Counted from the stretch's first letter, positions 9,524 through 19,916 are shown. The stretch is DNA of 64,000 nucleotides from Fidelibacterota bacterium (GCA_002708715.1 PAPB01000028.1:8611-72610); one strand, 5' to 3'. The notes: a model not told the origin generated them from the letters alone. Numbers and translations: made by a program.

Positions 9524-10480
9524 ATGATTCATAATAATATTTTATCAACCATAGGCAATACACCTGTAGTAAAATTAAATAAAATTGGCTCAAAACTACC
9601 ATGTGAGTTATATGCAAAATGCGAATTTTTTAATCCAGGTGGATCCATAAAAGATCGTATTGGCTGGAAAATGGTAGAAGATGCAGAAACAGAAGGAAGA
9701 ATTAAACCTGGTGACACACTCATTGAGCCAACCTCTGGAAATACTGGACAAGGTATCGCACTGGCTGCTGCAGTAAAAGGCTATCGCTGTATTATTACTA
9801 TGCCTGAAAAAATGAGTCAAGAAAAACAAATTGCTCTTGAGGCTCTTGGAGCTAAAATAGTAAGGACACCTACTGAGGCAGCATTTGATGACCCTGAAAG
9901 TCACATTGGAGTTGCAAAAAAACTACAGAGTGAAATTAAAGATTCTCATATACTCGATCAATATGGAAACCAATCCAATCCTGATGCACATTACCATGGA
10001 ACAGCACAAGAGATCCTTGATGAATTTGGCTCAGATTTGCACATGGTCGTAATGGGTGTTGGAACAGGAGGCACAATAACAGGTGTCGCAAAACGCCTAA
10101 AAGAAGCGATACCAAATATCATCATTGTAGGAGCAGACCCTGTTGGGTCCATTCTTGGCGGAGGTAATAAAGTTAAACCTTATCTTGTAGAGGGCATTGG
10201 ATATGATTTTTTTCCAGATGTCTTAGACAATAACCTAGTTGATAAATACGTAAAAACTGAAGATGAAGAATCATTTCTCCTAGCCAGACGCCTTATCAAA
10301 GAAGAAGGACTATTATGCGGTGGATCATGCGGAAGCGCAATGGCAGCCGCTCTACAATCAGCAGAAAAACTTGATCGTAATCAAAAATGTCTTGTTATTC
10401 TTCCAGATGGGATAAGAAACTATATGACCAAATTTCCGAATGATGAATGGATGAGATCAAAAGGGTTTAAAACTGATTAA
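9524..10480 (+). CDS. Cystathionine beta-synthase-type PLP enzyme (catalytic core only)
   Basis: [15 protein letters not shown] (PLP Lys), [49 protein letters not shown]. Confidence 0.88.
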   Translation: MIHNNILSTIGNTPVVKLNKIGSKLPCELYAKCEFFNPGGSIKDRIGWKMVEDAETEGRIKPGDTLIEPTSGNTGQGIALAAAVKGYRCIITMPEKMSQEKQIALEALGAKIVRTPTEAAFDDPESHIGVAKKLQSEIKDSHILDQYGNQSNPDAHYHGTAQEILDEFGSDLHMVVMGVGTGGTITGVAKRLKEAIPNIIIVGADPVGSILGGGNKVKPYLVEGIGYDFFPDVLDNNLVDKYVKTEDEESFLLARRLIKEEGLLCGGSCGSAMAAALQSAEKLDRNQKCLVILPDGIRNYMTKFPNDEWMRSKGFKTD

Positions 10481-10517
10481 AATTCGGTTATTTTTAATAA
10501 TTCTGTCTGCATTTTTT

Positions 10518-12338
10518 GTGCTATGGGTAGCCCCTGTCATCTATTTTAACTTTTCATATCCAGAGACTGAATGGGACTGGGATAGAATTGACACACAAGA
10601 CATCCACTTTCCTAAATCATTTGCATGGGGAACCGCGACTGCGGCCCATCAGGTTGAGGGAAACAATACAAACAACAATTGGTATCAATGGGAGAATGAA
10701 GTAGATGAAGACAACCTTCCACGGATTCATAATGGAGACAAATCATCCATAGCCGCTGATCATTGGAAAAGGTACCCTGATGATATCAAACTAATGAATG
10801 AATTAGGTGTTAACCACTATCGATTTTCTATTGAATGGTCGAGGATTGAGCCTGAAAGAGGAGTCTTTAACCTAGATGCCATTAACCACTATCGAGACCT
10901 ATGTGACTCTCTTCTGAAAAATAACATTACCCCAGTAGTTACCCTCCACCACTTTACTCATCCTATATGGTTTGAAGAACTTGGCGCATTTGAAAAACAA
11001 GAAAATATAAAATATTTTATAAAATACTCTGAATATGCATTTAATAATCTCCAAGACCTAGTTCCTATCTGGTGTACCATCAATGAGCCATCCGTATTTG
11101 TCTCTCAGGGGTATTTTAACGGGATATTTCCTCCAGGAAAAAAAGATCCAGTATTGGCTGCTACAGTTCTGGAGAATCTTCTCAATGCGCATACAAAAGT
11201 CTATAAACATCTAAAAGAATTGAAAGGAGGAAGCAAAGCCCAGATTGGTCTTGTGAAAAATATATTTCAATTTGATCCACTCAGAAGGTGGCACATTCTT
11301 GACTGGATATTTAGCAATGTTTTAAATAATGTTTTTACTAATTCATCTATAGACTTTCTCAAGACAGGTCATTCTACTTTTTCCCTGCCAGGGATGGTAC
11401 ATAAAGAAATGATAAATCCTGATGCGGTAGGAGCACTTGATTTTATTGGACTCAACTATTACTCAAGGATGCATGTGATAGGCCAAGCCAGTCTTGCAGA
11501 ACCTTTTTTATTTGAAAAACGTGAAAAAGATATCCAAACGGATATGGACTACGCTTTATACCCTGAAGGATTTTATAAAGCGCTCCACACAATAAGTACC
11601 CTTGAAAAGCCTATATATGTTACTGAAAATGGTGTTGCAGATCATGGAGATAGTATTCGGACACTATTTATCAAACGCTACCTCTATGCACTAAATATGG
11701 CACTCAAAGATAGGCTCGATATCAGAGGATATTTCTACTGGACCCTGATGGATAATTTTGAATGGGCAGAAGGCTATAAAATGAAATTTGGCCTCTACGA
11801 AGTAGACTTCAATACCCAAAAACGTACTCTCAGAAAGAGCAGTAAACCATTTATTGATATGGTTAAAAAAAGAGGCGCTGATGAGCGTGGATATATAGTA
11901 GGCATAGGTGACGATGCTCCAGATTTCACCATGGAATATACAACAGGTGAAAGAGTCACTCTATCACAGTTAAAAGGCCAGGTAGTGGTTCTACAATTCA
12001 CCGCTAGCTGGTGTTCGGTGTGTAGAAAAGAGATGCCACACCTTGAGAAAGATGTCTGGCAAGCATTCAAAGATAAAGGAGTCAAACTAATTGGGATAGA
12101 TAGGGATGAACCTCTGGAGACAGTAATTAAGTTTCAAAAAGATATGGGTACTACATACCCTCTTGCTCTTGATCCTGGAGCTAATATTTTTGGATTATTT
12201 GCTGATAAAAACTCTGGAGTTACCAGGAATATTGTTATTGATCAACAAGGGAAAATTGTTTTTCTAACCAGATTATTTGATCATAATGAATTTAATAAAA
12301 TGATAGAGGTAATTGATAATTTGGTTAACTCAATTTGA
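10518..12338 (+). CDS. GH1 beta-glycosidase fused to a C-terminal TlpA/AhpC-TSA thioredoxin-like domain
   Basis: FAWGTATAAHQVEG, TINEP (acid/base), YVTENG (nucleophile), DNFEWAEG; then APDFT..FTASWCSVCRKEMP; true start is probably further upstream (about 10473). Confidence 0.9.
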   Translation: MLWVAPVIYFNFSYPETEWDWDRIDTQDIHFPKSFAWGTATAAHQVEGNNTNNNWYQWENEVDEDNLPRIHNGDKSSIAADHWKRYPDDIKLMNELGVNHYRFSIEWSRIEPERGVFNLDAINHYRDLCDSLLKNNITPVVTLHHFTHPIWFEELGAFEKQENIKYFIKYSEYAFNNLQDLVPIWCTINEPSVFVSQGYFNGIFPPGKKDPVLAATVLENLLNAHTKVYKHLKELKGGSKAQIGLVKNIFQFDPLRRWHILDWIFSNVLNNVFTNSSIDFLKTGHSTFSLPGMVHKEMINPDAVGALDFIGLNYYSRMHVIGQASLAEPFLFEKREKDIQTDMDYALYPEGFYKALHTISTLEKPIYVTENGVADHGDSIRTLFIKRYLYALNMALKDRLDIRGYFYWTLMDNFEWAEGYKMKFGLYEVDFNTQKRTLRKSSKPFIDMVKKRGADERGYIVGIGDDAPDFTMEYTTGERVTLSQLKGQVVVLQFTASWCSVCRKEMPHLEKDVWQAFKDKGVKLIGIDRDEPLETVIKFQKDMGTTYPLALDPGANIFGLFADKNSGVTRNIVIDQQGKIVFLTRLFDHNEFNKMIEVIDNLVNSI

Positions 12339-12881
12339 TGATGAGGTATCCATATTCTCAAATTCACGATCCATCGCATCAAATGCATTTCTTGCCTTAA
12401 ATTCATTGTAAAGAGCCGTTTCTCTTTTAGCTGCGTCTCTAGTTGCTTTCTTTGCTTCTTGCGCTGCAGCACTCGCATCGTAGGTTACCATCACATAAGT
12501 AGTACCATTCATTACATCAGTTCTATCAACAACAATTCCTTTCAACACATTCTGAGAGGTTGTTTTTGTAACTGTCTCTGTATATTCAAGAGCCTCTGCA
12601 TCTTCTCCTATACCAGACTCTGACATAAAGTCTTTTACTGTCTGTGTAACTTTAGACTCTACTTGTGAAGAAATCTCTGCCATCGCTCTATTGGTAGCTA
12701 CTTTTTTTGCAAGACTGAGACTTTGCTTTTTAGCTTCTCCCACGCCTACAAAACGATCTTCAAATTTTGGTGGATTAAGGTACCAGTCAGGCATATCTTT
12801 TTTTGAAACAGGTTTTGTACCTGAACAACCTGCCATAAAGATGAGTATAACAGGAAATAAAATATTTTGATATTTAAACAT
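12330..12881 (-). CDS. LPP20-family lipoprotein
   Basis: Lipobox FMAGC; PDWYLNPP..VGVG..AKKVA..RAMAEIS. Confidence 0.8.
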   Translation of the reverse strand: MFKYQNILFPVILIFMAGCSGTKPVSKKDMPDWYLNPPKFEDRFVGVGEAKKQSLSLAKKVATNRAMAEISSQVESKVTQTVKDFMSESGIGEDAEALEYTETVTKTTSQNVLKGIVVDRTDVMNGTTYVMVTYDASAAAQEAKKATRDAAKRETALYNEFKARNAFDAMDREFENMDTSSSN

Positions 12882-13014
12882 GAGTCATCCTTTTAGTCTA
12901 TTTTATTTTTTAAAAATTGAAAAAATTTTAATACTTCTAATAACTATATTACAATTTAGGATTGGAATAAACAATTATTCGAAGAATTAATTTTCAAATT
13001 ACTATATTTATAAA

Positions 13015-14028
13015 TTACTTTGATATATGGTACATGTTCAGTGATTCAATCCGCTCATCCATGGGTATACTATTTAACCATCTCTGTAAGGACAAAAAAT
13101 TATTATCATCCTTAGAAAATGGTATTATTTCTTCACCAATACGTGGAATCTGTTCAGGAAGCGGAATATCTTTTTTAGTACAAATGACATATACGCTCTC
13201 TGAAGTTATTGGACGTCCTGGGAGTGATCCCACAATAAATGATATATATTGTTTTATAGATGGATCAGGTATTATCAGTGTCTCCCTAGCTTGAATTTTA
13301 TTATCAGTCATATAATCATTAGGAAACATTAATATTGAATTATTGTCAGCCATTAGATTAAATATATATACATAAGAATCTTTTGTTGGAGTAACAAATA
13401 TTTCAAGTTCATCACCCTCATTGAGCATATTTTTTTTTAATTTTGCATCAACTAAATATTCCACATCACGCTTTCCCGTTACTGGCTCTACATAAAAATC
13501 ATAATGCAAAAAGTATTGATAGACTTCATCGTTTTTAGTGTCAATTTTTGAATCAATTTCCTTTTCATTGGTTATTATTCCCGATACAGTACTTTTAAAA
13601 AATCCAGACCATGCAGTTTTCGAAAATTCCTCATTTCCCACTTCACTTATTACATCGCTCATTAGTTGAGTTATTTCTACTGTTGTACCAACTTTTTTAC
13701 TGATTGCATCATTCCTCATTTCTGTAATTAGATCCATCTTAGCATCTTTAAAAGAAGTATTTGAATTAAAATATTTATCTTTTTTTATAGAGATCCACCC
13801 TAGCGTACCAGTATTATATCTTTCCTTTGATTGTTTATCAATATCCTCTATTAAATACTTCGAAGTACCCAAATTATTTTCAATACCGAAACTACTTTCC
13901 GAATTCTCGAATTCTTTAAATGCTTTTTCAGCCTTGATTTTGTTTTTATCTGGTTTTGGTGCGACCATTTTATTGGTACAACCAAAGTAGAACAAAACAC
14001 AAAAAAATAAAATGTTCTTATTCAACAT
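13015..14028 (-). CDS. Lipoprotein with C-terminal DUF4384-like domain
   Basis: Lipobox YFGC; GDELEIFV..DSYVYIFN..LMFPN..DNKI..IPD..ESVYVICTK. Confidence 0.75.
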   Translation of the reverse strand: MLNKNILFFCVLFYFGCTNKMVAPKPDKNKIKAEKAFKEFENSESSFGIENNLGTSKYLIEDIDKQSKERYNTGTLGWISIKKDKYFNSNTSFKDAKMDLITEMRNDAISKKVGTTVEITQLMSDVISEVGNEEFSKTAWSGFFKSTVSGIITNEKEIDSKIDTKNDEVYQYFLHYDFYVEPVTGKRDVEYLVDAKLKKNMLNEGDELEIFVTPTKDSYVYIFNLMADNNSILMFPNDYMTDNKIQARETLIIPDPSIKQYISFIVGSLPGRPITSESVYVICTKKDIPLPEQIPRIGEEIIPFSKDDNNFLSLQRWLNSIPMDERIESLNMYHISK

Positions 14029-14073
14029 GGAAAAACATCCAACCTAATATGATAAATTCATAAAAAGAAACTA

Positions 14074-15378
14074 TTAGTATATTGTAAAAGGTTCAGACAC
14101 ATACTCATCCTGCAGGTTATATCCAATAATTACCATTGTATAACAGTTCGATGGTACGATCTCACTTGATTGGGCAGGAAGCGTAAAATCATAAGAACCG
14201 TCAGAATTAAATACAAGCCAAGACCCAAAATCATATACCGTATTCCCATTTAATCGTAAAACAGCTCCCCCTTGCTGACCAACTGAATATAAACTAGAGT
14301 ATAAACCCGCTGTATATGTATCACCGAAATTATAAATGTTTTGTTCTGGGTTTACGTAAGTGAATGTTGTCCCCGTAGTACTATGCGGTATATTACAATT
14401 ATCATTTGGAGGATCACCACCCTGACTAGAAGTTATTGAGAAATAGCTATTGCTGTAGTCTTGAATATCTGAGTCAGATGTAGAATATATGCGAACTCTG
14501 TAATCATCTCCTAGTGTTAGGGTTGATGGAATATTCCAAGAAAAAACACCATCATTGGCACTGGAACTAGAAATGGAATTCACGTAACTATCCCCTGAGT
14601 ATAATTGAATACCAATATAGCCAGATACATTAGTGCTGCTCCAGGTAATATCCTGTGTAGAACCAAGAACCCAAGACTCACCACCATCAGGAGAACTAAC
14701 TGTGATAGAATTTACACTACTAGAACTTATTGAAAAATACTCACTAAAATCCCCAAGGCTTAAGTCATTTAGAGAATACACAGCAACTTGATAATTATCT
14801 CCAGACGGAATATCAATTGGGATATTCCAAGAATAAGAGCCATCATTTGCACTAGAATTGGAAATCCTGTTATAATAAATGTCATCTTTATACAACTCAA
14901 TTCCGATATTGCCAGATACATTAGTACTACCCCATGAAATATTATGCGTAGAGCCAGCTACCCAAGAATCACCAAATGTCGGAGAATTAACATTTATCTC
15001 ACCATCACCACCAAAATATTGCTTTATATATATATCTAATTCAATTTTTTTAAAATTTCCTACCAAATCAGTAACAATCACCTCAATTCTGTGTTCACCA
15101 ATAGTCTGCATGGAAAAATTGGCCGACCATGGTTCTTCTGTCATTTTTAATGAAACTAGTGAGGAATCACTTTGATATACAATAACATCAATATCTTTAA
15201 TTTGATCATTATCACTGGCACTAAGAATCAACGTAAATACTTGACCAATTTCTTCATTATTAGTGGGTGAAAGTATCTCAACCTCTGGAGGAAATATATC
15301 TAGAATCTCAGGGCACCCTGAAAAAAATAGAGTAGATGTAAATAATACATAGAATGGATATTTTTTAAAAATTTGCAT
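14074..15378 (-). CDS. Lipoprotein with a Big-like domain and two Kre9/KNH-like (SPxGGE) Ig repeats
   Basis: Lipobox FSGC; DIFPPEVEILSP; two ~97-aa repeats V.SP..G.SW..GST..I.W.STNVSG.IGI.LY..NDG..SWNIP. Confidence 0.75.
   Translation of the reverse strand: MQIFKKYPFYVLFTSTLFFSGCPEILDIFPPEVEILSPTNNEEIGQVFTLILSASDNDQIKDIDVIVYQSDSSLVSLKMTEEPWSANFSMQTIGEHRIEVIVTDLVGNFKKIELDIYIKQYFGGDGEINVNSPTFGDSWVAGSTHNISWGSTNVSGNIGIELYKDDIYYNRISNSSANDGSYSWNIPIDIPSGDNYQVAVYSLNDLSLGDFSEYFSISSSSVNSITVSSPDGGESWVLGSTQDITWSSTNVSGYIGIQLYSGDSYVNSISSSSANDGVFSWNIPSTLTLGDDYRVRIYSTSDSDIQDYSNSYFSITSSQGGDPPNDNCNIPHSTTGTTFTYVNPEQNIYNFGDTYTAGLYSSLYSVGQQGGAVLRLNGNTVYDFGSWLVFNSDGSYDFTLPAQSSEIVPSNCYTMVIIGYNLQDEYVSEPFTIY
14430..15000 (-). 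repeat. Intragenic tandem domain duplication, 291-bp period
   Basis: CCAGATACATTAGT at 14621 and 14912 (291 bp = 97 codons apart); boundaries approximate. Confidence 0.75.
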
Positions 15379-15418
15379 TAGATAAAGCTAAACTTATTAT
15401 AGTCTTATTACTGACTCC

Positions 15419-17164
15419 CTATGGAAATGAAATATTATCAACCCGTAGATACCGTGACGACCCGGAATACCACCAATACCATTGAAAACTGTAGGTACCT
15501 GCGTCAACGGGCACTTCAACCAATTGCCATTCTTCACTATAAGGATTCATATGTTCAGCCATATCTTGATCATCAATGAGAAATCTAAAGTAATAATCAC
15601 TATCTGTTTTAGCAAAAAATCTTAGCACACCAGAGTTGACTGTAACAGTTTTTGAAAGGGACCCTTCACCATCCCACACAGCAGATTTAGCACCACCATA
15701 TGCATCCAAACTATCAACAGTGCAATTAACACCAAAATTCCAATCTACTAAACTTTCTCCTGTTTCAAATCCCATATCATAATCAAATATTACTGTGTCT
15801 GCAATTGTAAAAGTAGCGTCAGACTCATCGAACCAGTCATCCCTAGTCACACTTTGAATTCTAATTTTACAAACATCATTTGTACCTTGGACAGACGGAA
15901 CGTCCCATTGAAAGTAACCATCATTATCTATATCACCCCATGTTGGATTTTCTATTTCATACCAACTATCACCACCAAAAAGAGAGTAAAGGATCTTAAC
16001 ATCATTTGCATCCCCTCCTGATTCCCATAAAATCATGCGTTTGGTTCCTTTTTGAAAAGTCTCACCTCCATTTGGTTGTATAATCCGATAAAAATTTGAA
16101 TCTGTTTCCATAGTGAAATAAGCATCACTAATTTTGTAAACATCTGTATTTGCTACACTCCATATGCCAATTACCCCTACAAACGAAGTATCAATATAGT
16201 TTGGAACAGTCCAACTATAAATACCATCGTTATCTGTCTGGTCCCAATTATAATAAGGTGGATTAGTAGTGTTGTTTGAAGTTCCAACAACATCGGTCCA
16301 ATTAGCTCCTCCATCATGCGAGTAACCAATATAGACTTCATTACCCCCAATGTCACCCTCGGTATTCCATAATATATCAAATTCCGTCAGCTCATGCCAC
16401 TCTTCACCTCCGTTTGGCTCAAGTATGTTAATTATATTACTTTGGCTATTACCTGCACTAATTGTAAAAGGTTGATCAGATTCATCAATATAATCGTAAA
16501 AACCTACTGATTGCCAGATTCTTATTTTTACAAAAGGGTTATCCACATAGACCTCTGGAATTTCCCATGAATAGATGGAATCACTATATACATATGAATA
16601 TATTGTCGTATAAGAATTTCCATTATCTAGGCTGTATTGTACTGCTAGATTATCATATTCATCTGCAGGATGCCCGCTTTTCTTAAATCTTATATTTTGG
16701 GTAGATAATTCATCCCATATTTCCCCCCCATTTGGACTAATAATCTGGAGATAGGAACTATCTGCTATAATAGAAAAAAAACCAGAGGAGTCTTCTTGCT
16801 CTACATCATAACTATCACTATTATATGTTCTTAAATATATTTTACAGGAATCTAAATCTCCTCGTCTACCCCGAATACTTGGGAGATTCCAAGAATAATT
16901 AGACTCATCTGTCCCATAACTACTATTTAATTGGTATGGTGTATTATTTTCCGCATCAAAATCACTGCAAAAATAAAAAATATGCACATCCTCATTAATG
17001 TTTTCCCATCTAATTTGAATACTTTCTCTTTCGTTAAAAGCCTCACCTCCCACTGGAAATAATAATTCAAGTTCTGTATTAAATAATACATCACACGAAT
17101 TTACATGTAGCGTAATTACAAGCAGCATGAAAAGATATAATGAATTGTTGCGTTTAAATTTCAT
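15419..17164 (-). CDS. Lipoprotein with four PxGGE Ig-like repeats
   Basis: Lipobox-like VNSC; FPVGGEAF, SPNGGEIW, EPNGGEEW, QPNGGETF, each followed by W..P and D.SD..F.I; C-terminal beta-sandwich starting MGFETG. Confidence 0.75.
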   Translation of the reverse strand: MKFKRNNSLYLFMLLVITLHVNSCDVLFNTELELLFPVGGEAFNERESIQIRWENINEDVHIFYFCSDFDAENNTPYQLNSSYGTDESNYSWNLPSIRGRRGDLDSCKIYLRTYNSDSYDVEQEDSSGFFSIIADSSYLQIISPNGGEIWDELSTQNIRFKKSGHPADEYDNLAVQYSLDNGNSYTTIYSYVYSDSIYSWEIPEVYVDNPFVKIRIWQSVGFYDYIDESDQPFTISAGNSQSNIINILEPNGGEEWHELTEFDILWNTEGDIGGNEVYIGYSHDGGANWTDVVGTSNNTTNPPYYNWDQTDNDGIYSWTVPNYIDTSFVGVIGIWSVANTDVYKISDAYFTMETDSNFYRIIQPNGGETFQKGTKRMILWESGGDANDVKILYSLFGGDSWYEIENPTWGDIDNDGYFQWDVPSVQGTNDVCKIRIQSVTRDDWFDESDATFTIADTVIFDYDMGFETGESLVDWNFGVNCTVDSLDAYGGAKSAVWDGEGSLSKTVTVNSGVLRFFAKTDSDYYFRFLIDDQDMAEHMNPYSEEWQLVEVPVDAGTYSFQWYWWYSGSSRYLRVDNISFP

Positions 17165-17175
17165 ATAACCCCTAT

Positions 17176-19872
17176 TTAATATTTTAAAATGACTCCAGCT
17201 TTATCCCCAGAGAACGTAGGATTTTGCTCCCTGGTAAAATTACTTAGTTCATTTACCTTAGACGATACTTTATCAGAAAGATACACCTCCATCTCACCAT
17301 TGGTAATCTTTTTATCTTGATTTTGATCGGCCTGTCCTTGAAGACCTGCAAGTACATAATAGGTAAAGACCCCATGTCTTGCCTTTGGATACCAGGAGCT
17401 TACCTGGTCATTTCTTGATGAAGAGAAAACATTCAATCCTGACATGGATGGGGCCTTAACCTTGAGCAGTGCAGGGCTAATTTTTTTGTACAGCATTCCA
17501 CTCTCTGATTTACCGCTAAAACATGCATCCATAACCAGCGTAACCTGATTTGATTTTACAGGTAGACTACCAAGATTTTCGATAAGTACTTCCAAGGGGT
17601 ATCCCTCAAACTCTATATTACCCATACTCGCTCCTGCTGGTACAATGTATGCCTCATTTGTATTGAGATCTGGCGCACCATGACCTGAATAGAAAACATA
17701 TACTTTTGCATTGTCACCGATTCGTTTTACCTGTTTAAATAACTGACCTTCTTTATTTTCTCGGGTTCCAAATATGCGATTAAAGTCTGATAGTTTCGCA
17801 TCGGTAAGTTCAATAATATTACTAGTTGGGATTCCAATAGTTTTGGTAAGATAAGATTTAAAAACTCTACTGTCTCTGTCAGCGTAGTCTACTTGGGGAA
17901 TATCTCGATTTTCATAATTTCTGTTTCCAATAACAACCGCAAAACCATTTTTTAATTTATTATTAGTATTAGGAGCGATATCTACATTTATCCACTCGTC
18001 ATCAGAAGTAACATTTGTGCCAAAGCCCGAAGAAGAGGAAACACCCATGGCAACTTGGGTTGCTGCGGCTTTATATATCTCTAATGGTATTGTCTGTCTT
18101 ATACCAGAAAAATTTGCCATACCCAACAAAACTTTTAGATCAAAAGGACCAACATCAGCGTTCCACCTTACATCAATGGGTATCATCTGTTTGCGAGCAA
18201 TCTGTCGTGCTGGTATTTTCCCTATAGTTAATTCCTGCATACCACTGTATCTTGATAAAGATTTAATTTCAATTCCATTATGTTTAGCATCAAGATTAAG
18301 AGTAACATCTTCCGCATCAAGATCACCATCATTCCTTGCTAAAATTTCTAGTTCTATTTTTTCTCCTTGTTCTATTAAACCATTTTGATTGCCACGAGAC
18401 CCTGCTGTTGTCCCATCATGAATAACATAATCAAATGAGAGCTTAGGAGTCCTGTATGCACAATCAACTGTAATTGGTTTTACAAAGTTTATTATTTTTC
18501 TCTCATCTGTTATAGTTACAGAAAATTTAAATGATTCTTTTTTGTAGGTAACTGGTACCCTAAACCCAATTGGAATAGATTTCATAGCCGATGGGCCAAT
18601 TGCACCTATAAATTCACTACCATTAATAGGTAGTACTCCTAATCCTGCAACTGTCACATCTGTACTAACTCCATATGCTGGACCTTCACCAATATTTTTC
18701 AATTCAAATAAGATTTCAACAGATTCTCCGTTCTCGATTAGGTTATTACCATTACCATCTGCCAAACCAATATTCCCATCATTAATTGACCAATTTGTTA
18801 TTTCCAATTTAGGCGGAAGAAATTTTTTGGTTGGAATAAGAGAAGAAATAGGTCTGGCGTCATTCCCTTTGATATCAGAAACATAAAAAACTAATTCCTC
18901 ATTTTGATTTATAGTGTTCTTTTTACCTTTCAGTAAAAATGTAAAATTTTCTCTTCTACCTGGTAAAATATCACCTAACGATGTAATATTATCTAAAATT
19001 GCAATAGTTTTTGGTGTTTTAGTAAGTTCAACCTTTACACCTCTACCAACTCCATCTCCTTGATTTTCAACATCCCCTGTAATACGAGCCGATTCATAAG
19101 CATCAAGGCTTCCATTTCCATCATCATCAATAAAGTCATTTATTACTAAATTTAAGCTTGGAGGATCAAGACTTTCTTGAAGTCTGTAATTAAAACTTTC
19201 AGTATTTGAATTAATGCCTCCATTAAACGATAGATTTTTTGCGTCATAGATTCCAGGAATAGTTAGATAGAAAACTAATTCCATGCTCTCTTTTGGTCCT
19301 AAACTATATGAACCTTTGAGGGACCTTTTCCCTCCCTTAGTTTTTTTATTATCTATTTTTAATTCAGGCTCCACTCCTCTTGATGCAATACTCTTAAGCT
19401 CTAGTATAGGTTTGATATTTTTTATCTTTTTATTTGATATATTTTCTATAGACATCACCATCTTACCCATTTCACCAGCAAAAATCTTAGAGCTTAATTG
19501 ATCGGATCCCATTGGATAATACATAATATACACATCTATTTTATCTAGATTATTATCGAATAATTTTACGATTCTATGTTTTACAAAATTTTTATATACA
19601 AATCTACTAAGACCCAATAATGCCACGTCTCTGCCTAAAACAACATAGCCGGTTTCCATAATCTTATATGAAACGTATCCTGTTAGGCCTAGATAAGGTA
19701 TCTCTAGAAGACTTATCCCCTTTTTATTCTCATTTTGGTAATCTCTATTTGCCCTAATTATTTTCTTTACTGGACTATTATTTTTAAAATTAGAATCGCC
19801 AAGCAAAATTAATGGGCATAGAAGATTCAAACATAAAATGATAATGGTATAATTTTTAATAGCGCGCATCAC
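17176..19872 (-). CDS. Secreted caspase-family (peptidase C14) protein with three CARDB/Ig-like repeats
   Basis: Signal peptide; repeats DGNGSLDAYES, DGNGNNLIENGES, GNQNGLIEQGEK with N.G.G.A..V; C14 motifs AVVIGNRNY, FYSGHG, MDACFSG, HGVFTYYVLAGLQG.AD. Confidence 0.88.
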   Translation of the reverse strand: MMRAIKNYTIIILCLNLLCPLILLGDSNFKNNSPVKKIIRANRDYQNENKKGISLLEIPYLGLTGYVSYKIMETGYVVLGRDVALLGLSRFVYKNFVKHRIVKLFDNNLDKIDVYIMYYPMGSDQLSSKIFAGEMGKMVMSIENISNKKIKNIKPILELKSIASRGVEPELKIDNKKTKGGKRSLKGSYSLGPKESMELVFYLTIPGIYDAKNLSFNGGINSNTESFNYRLQESLDPPSLNLVINDFIDDDGNGSLDAYESARITGDVENQGDGVGRGVKVELTKTPKTIAILDNITSLGDILPGRRENFTFLLKGKKNTINQNEELVFYVSDIKGNDARPISSLIPTKKFLPPKLEITNWSINDGNIGLADGNGNNLIENGESVEILFELKNIGEGPAYGVSTDVTVAGLGVLPINGSEFIGAIGPSAMKSIPIGFRVPVTYKKESFKFSVTITDERKIINFVKPITVDCAYRTPKLSFDYVIHDGTTAGSRGNQNGLIEQGEKIELEILARNDGDLDAEDVTLNLDAKHNGIEIKSLSRYSGMQELTIGKIPARQIARKQMIPIDVRWNADVGPFDLKVLLGMANFSGIRQTIPLEIYKAAATQVAMGVSSSSGFGTNVTSDDEWINVDIAPNTNNKLKNGFAVVIGNRNYENRDIPQVDYADRDSRVFKSYLTKTIGIPTSNIIELTDAKLSDFNRIFGTRENKEGQLFKQVKRIGDNAKVYVFYSGHGAPDLNTNEAYIVPAGASMGNIEFEGYPLEVLIENLGSLPVKSNQVTLVMDACFSGKSESGMLYKKISPALLKVKAPSMSGLNVFSSSRNDQVSSWYPKARHGVFTYYVLAGLQGQADQNQDKKITNGEMEVYLSDKVSSKVNELSNFTREQNPTFSGDKAGVILKY

Positions 19873-19916
19873 AAATATTAAAAAATATTCATCATAATAA
19901 AAAAAAATAAAATTAA

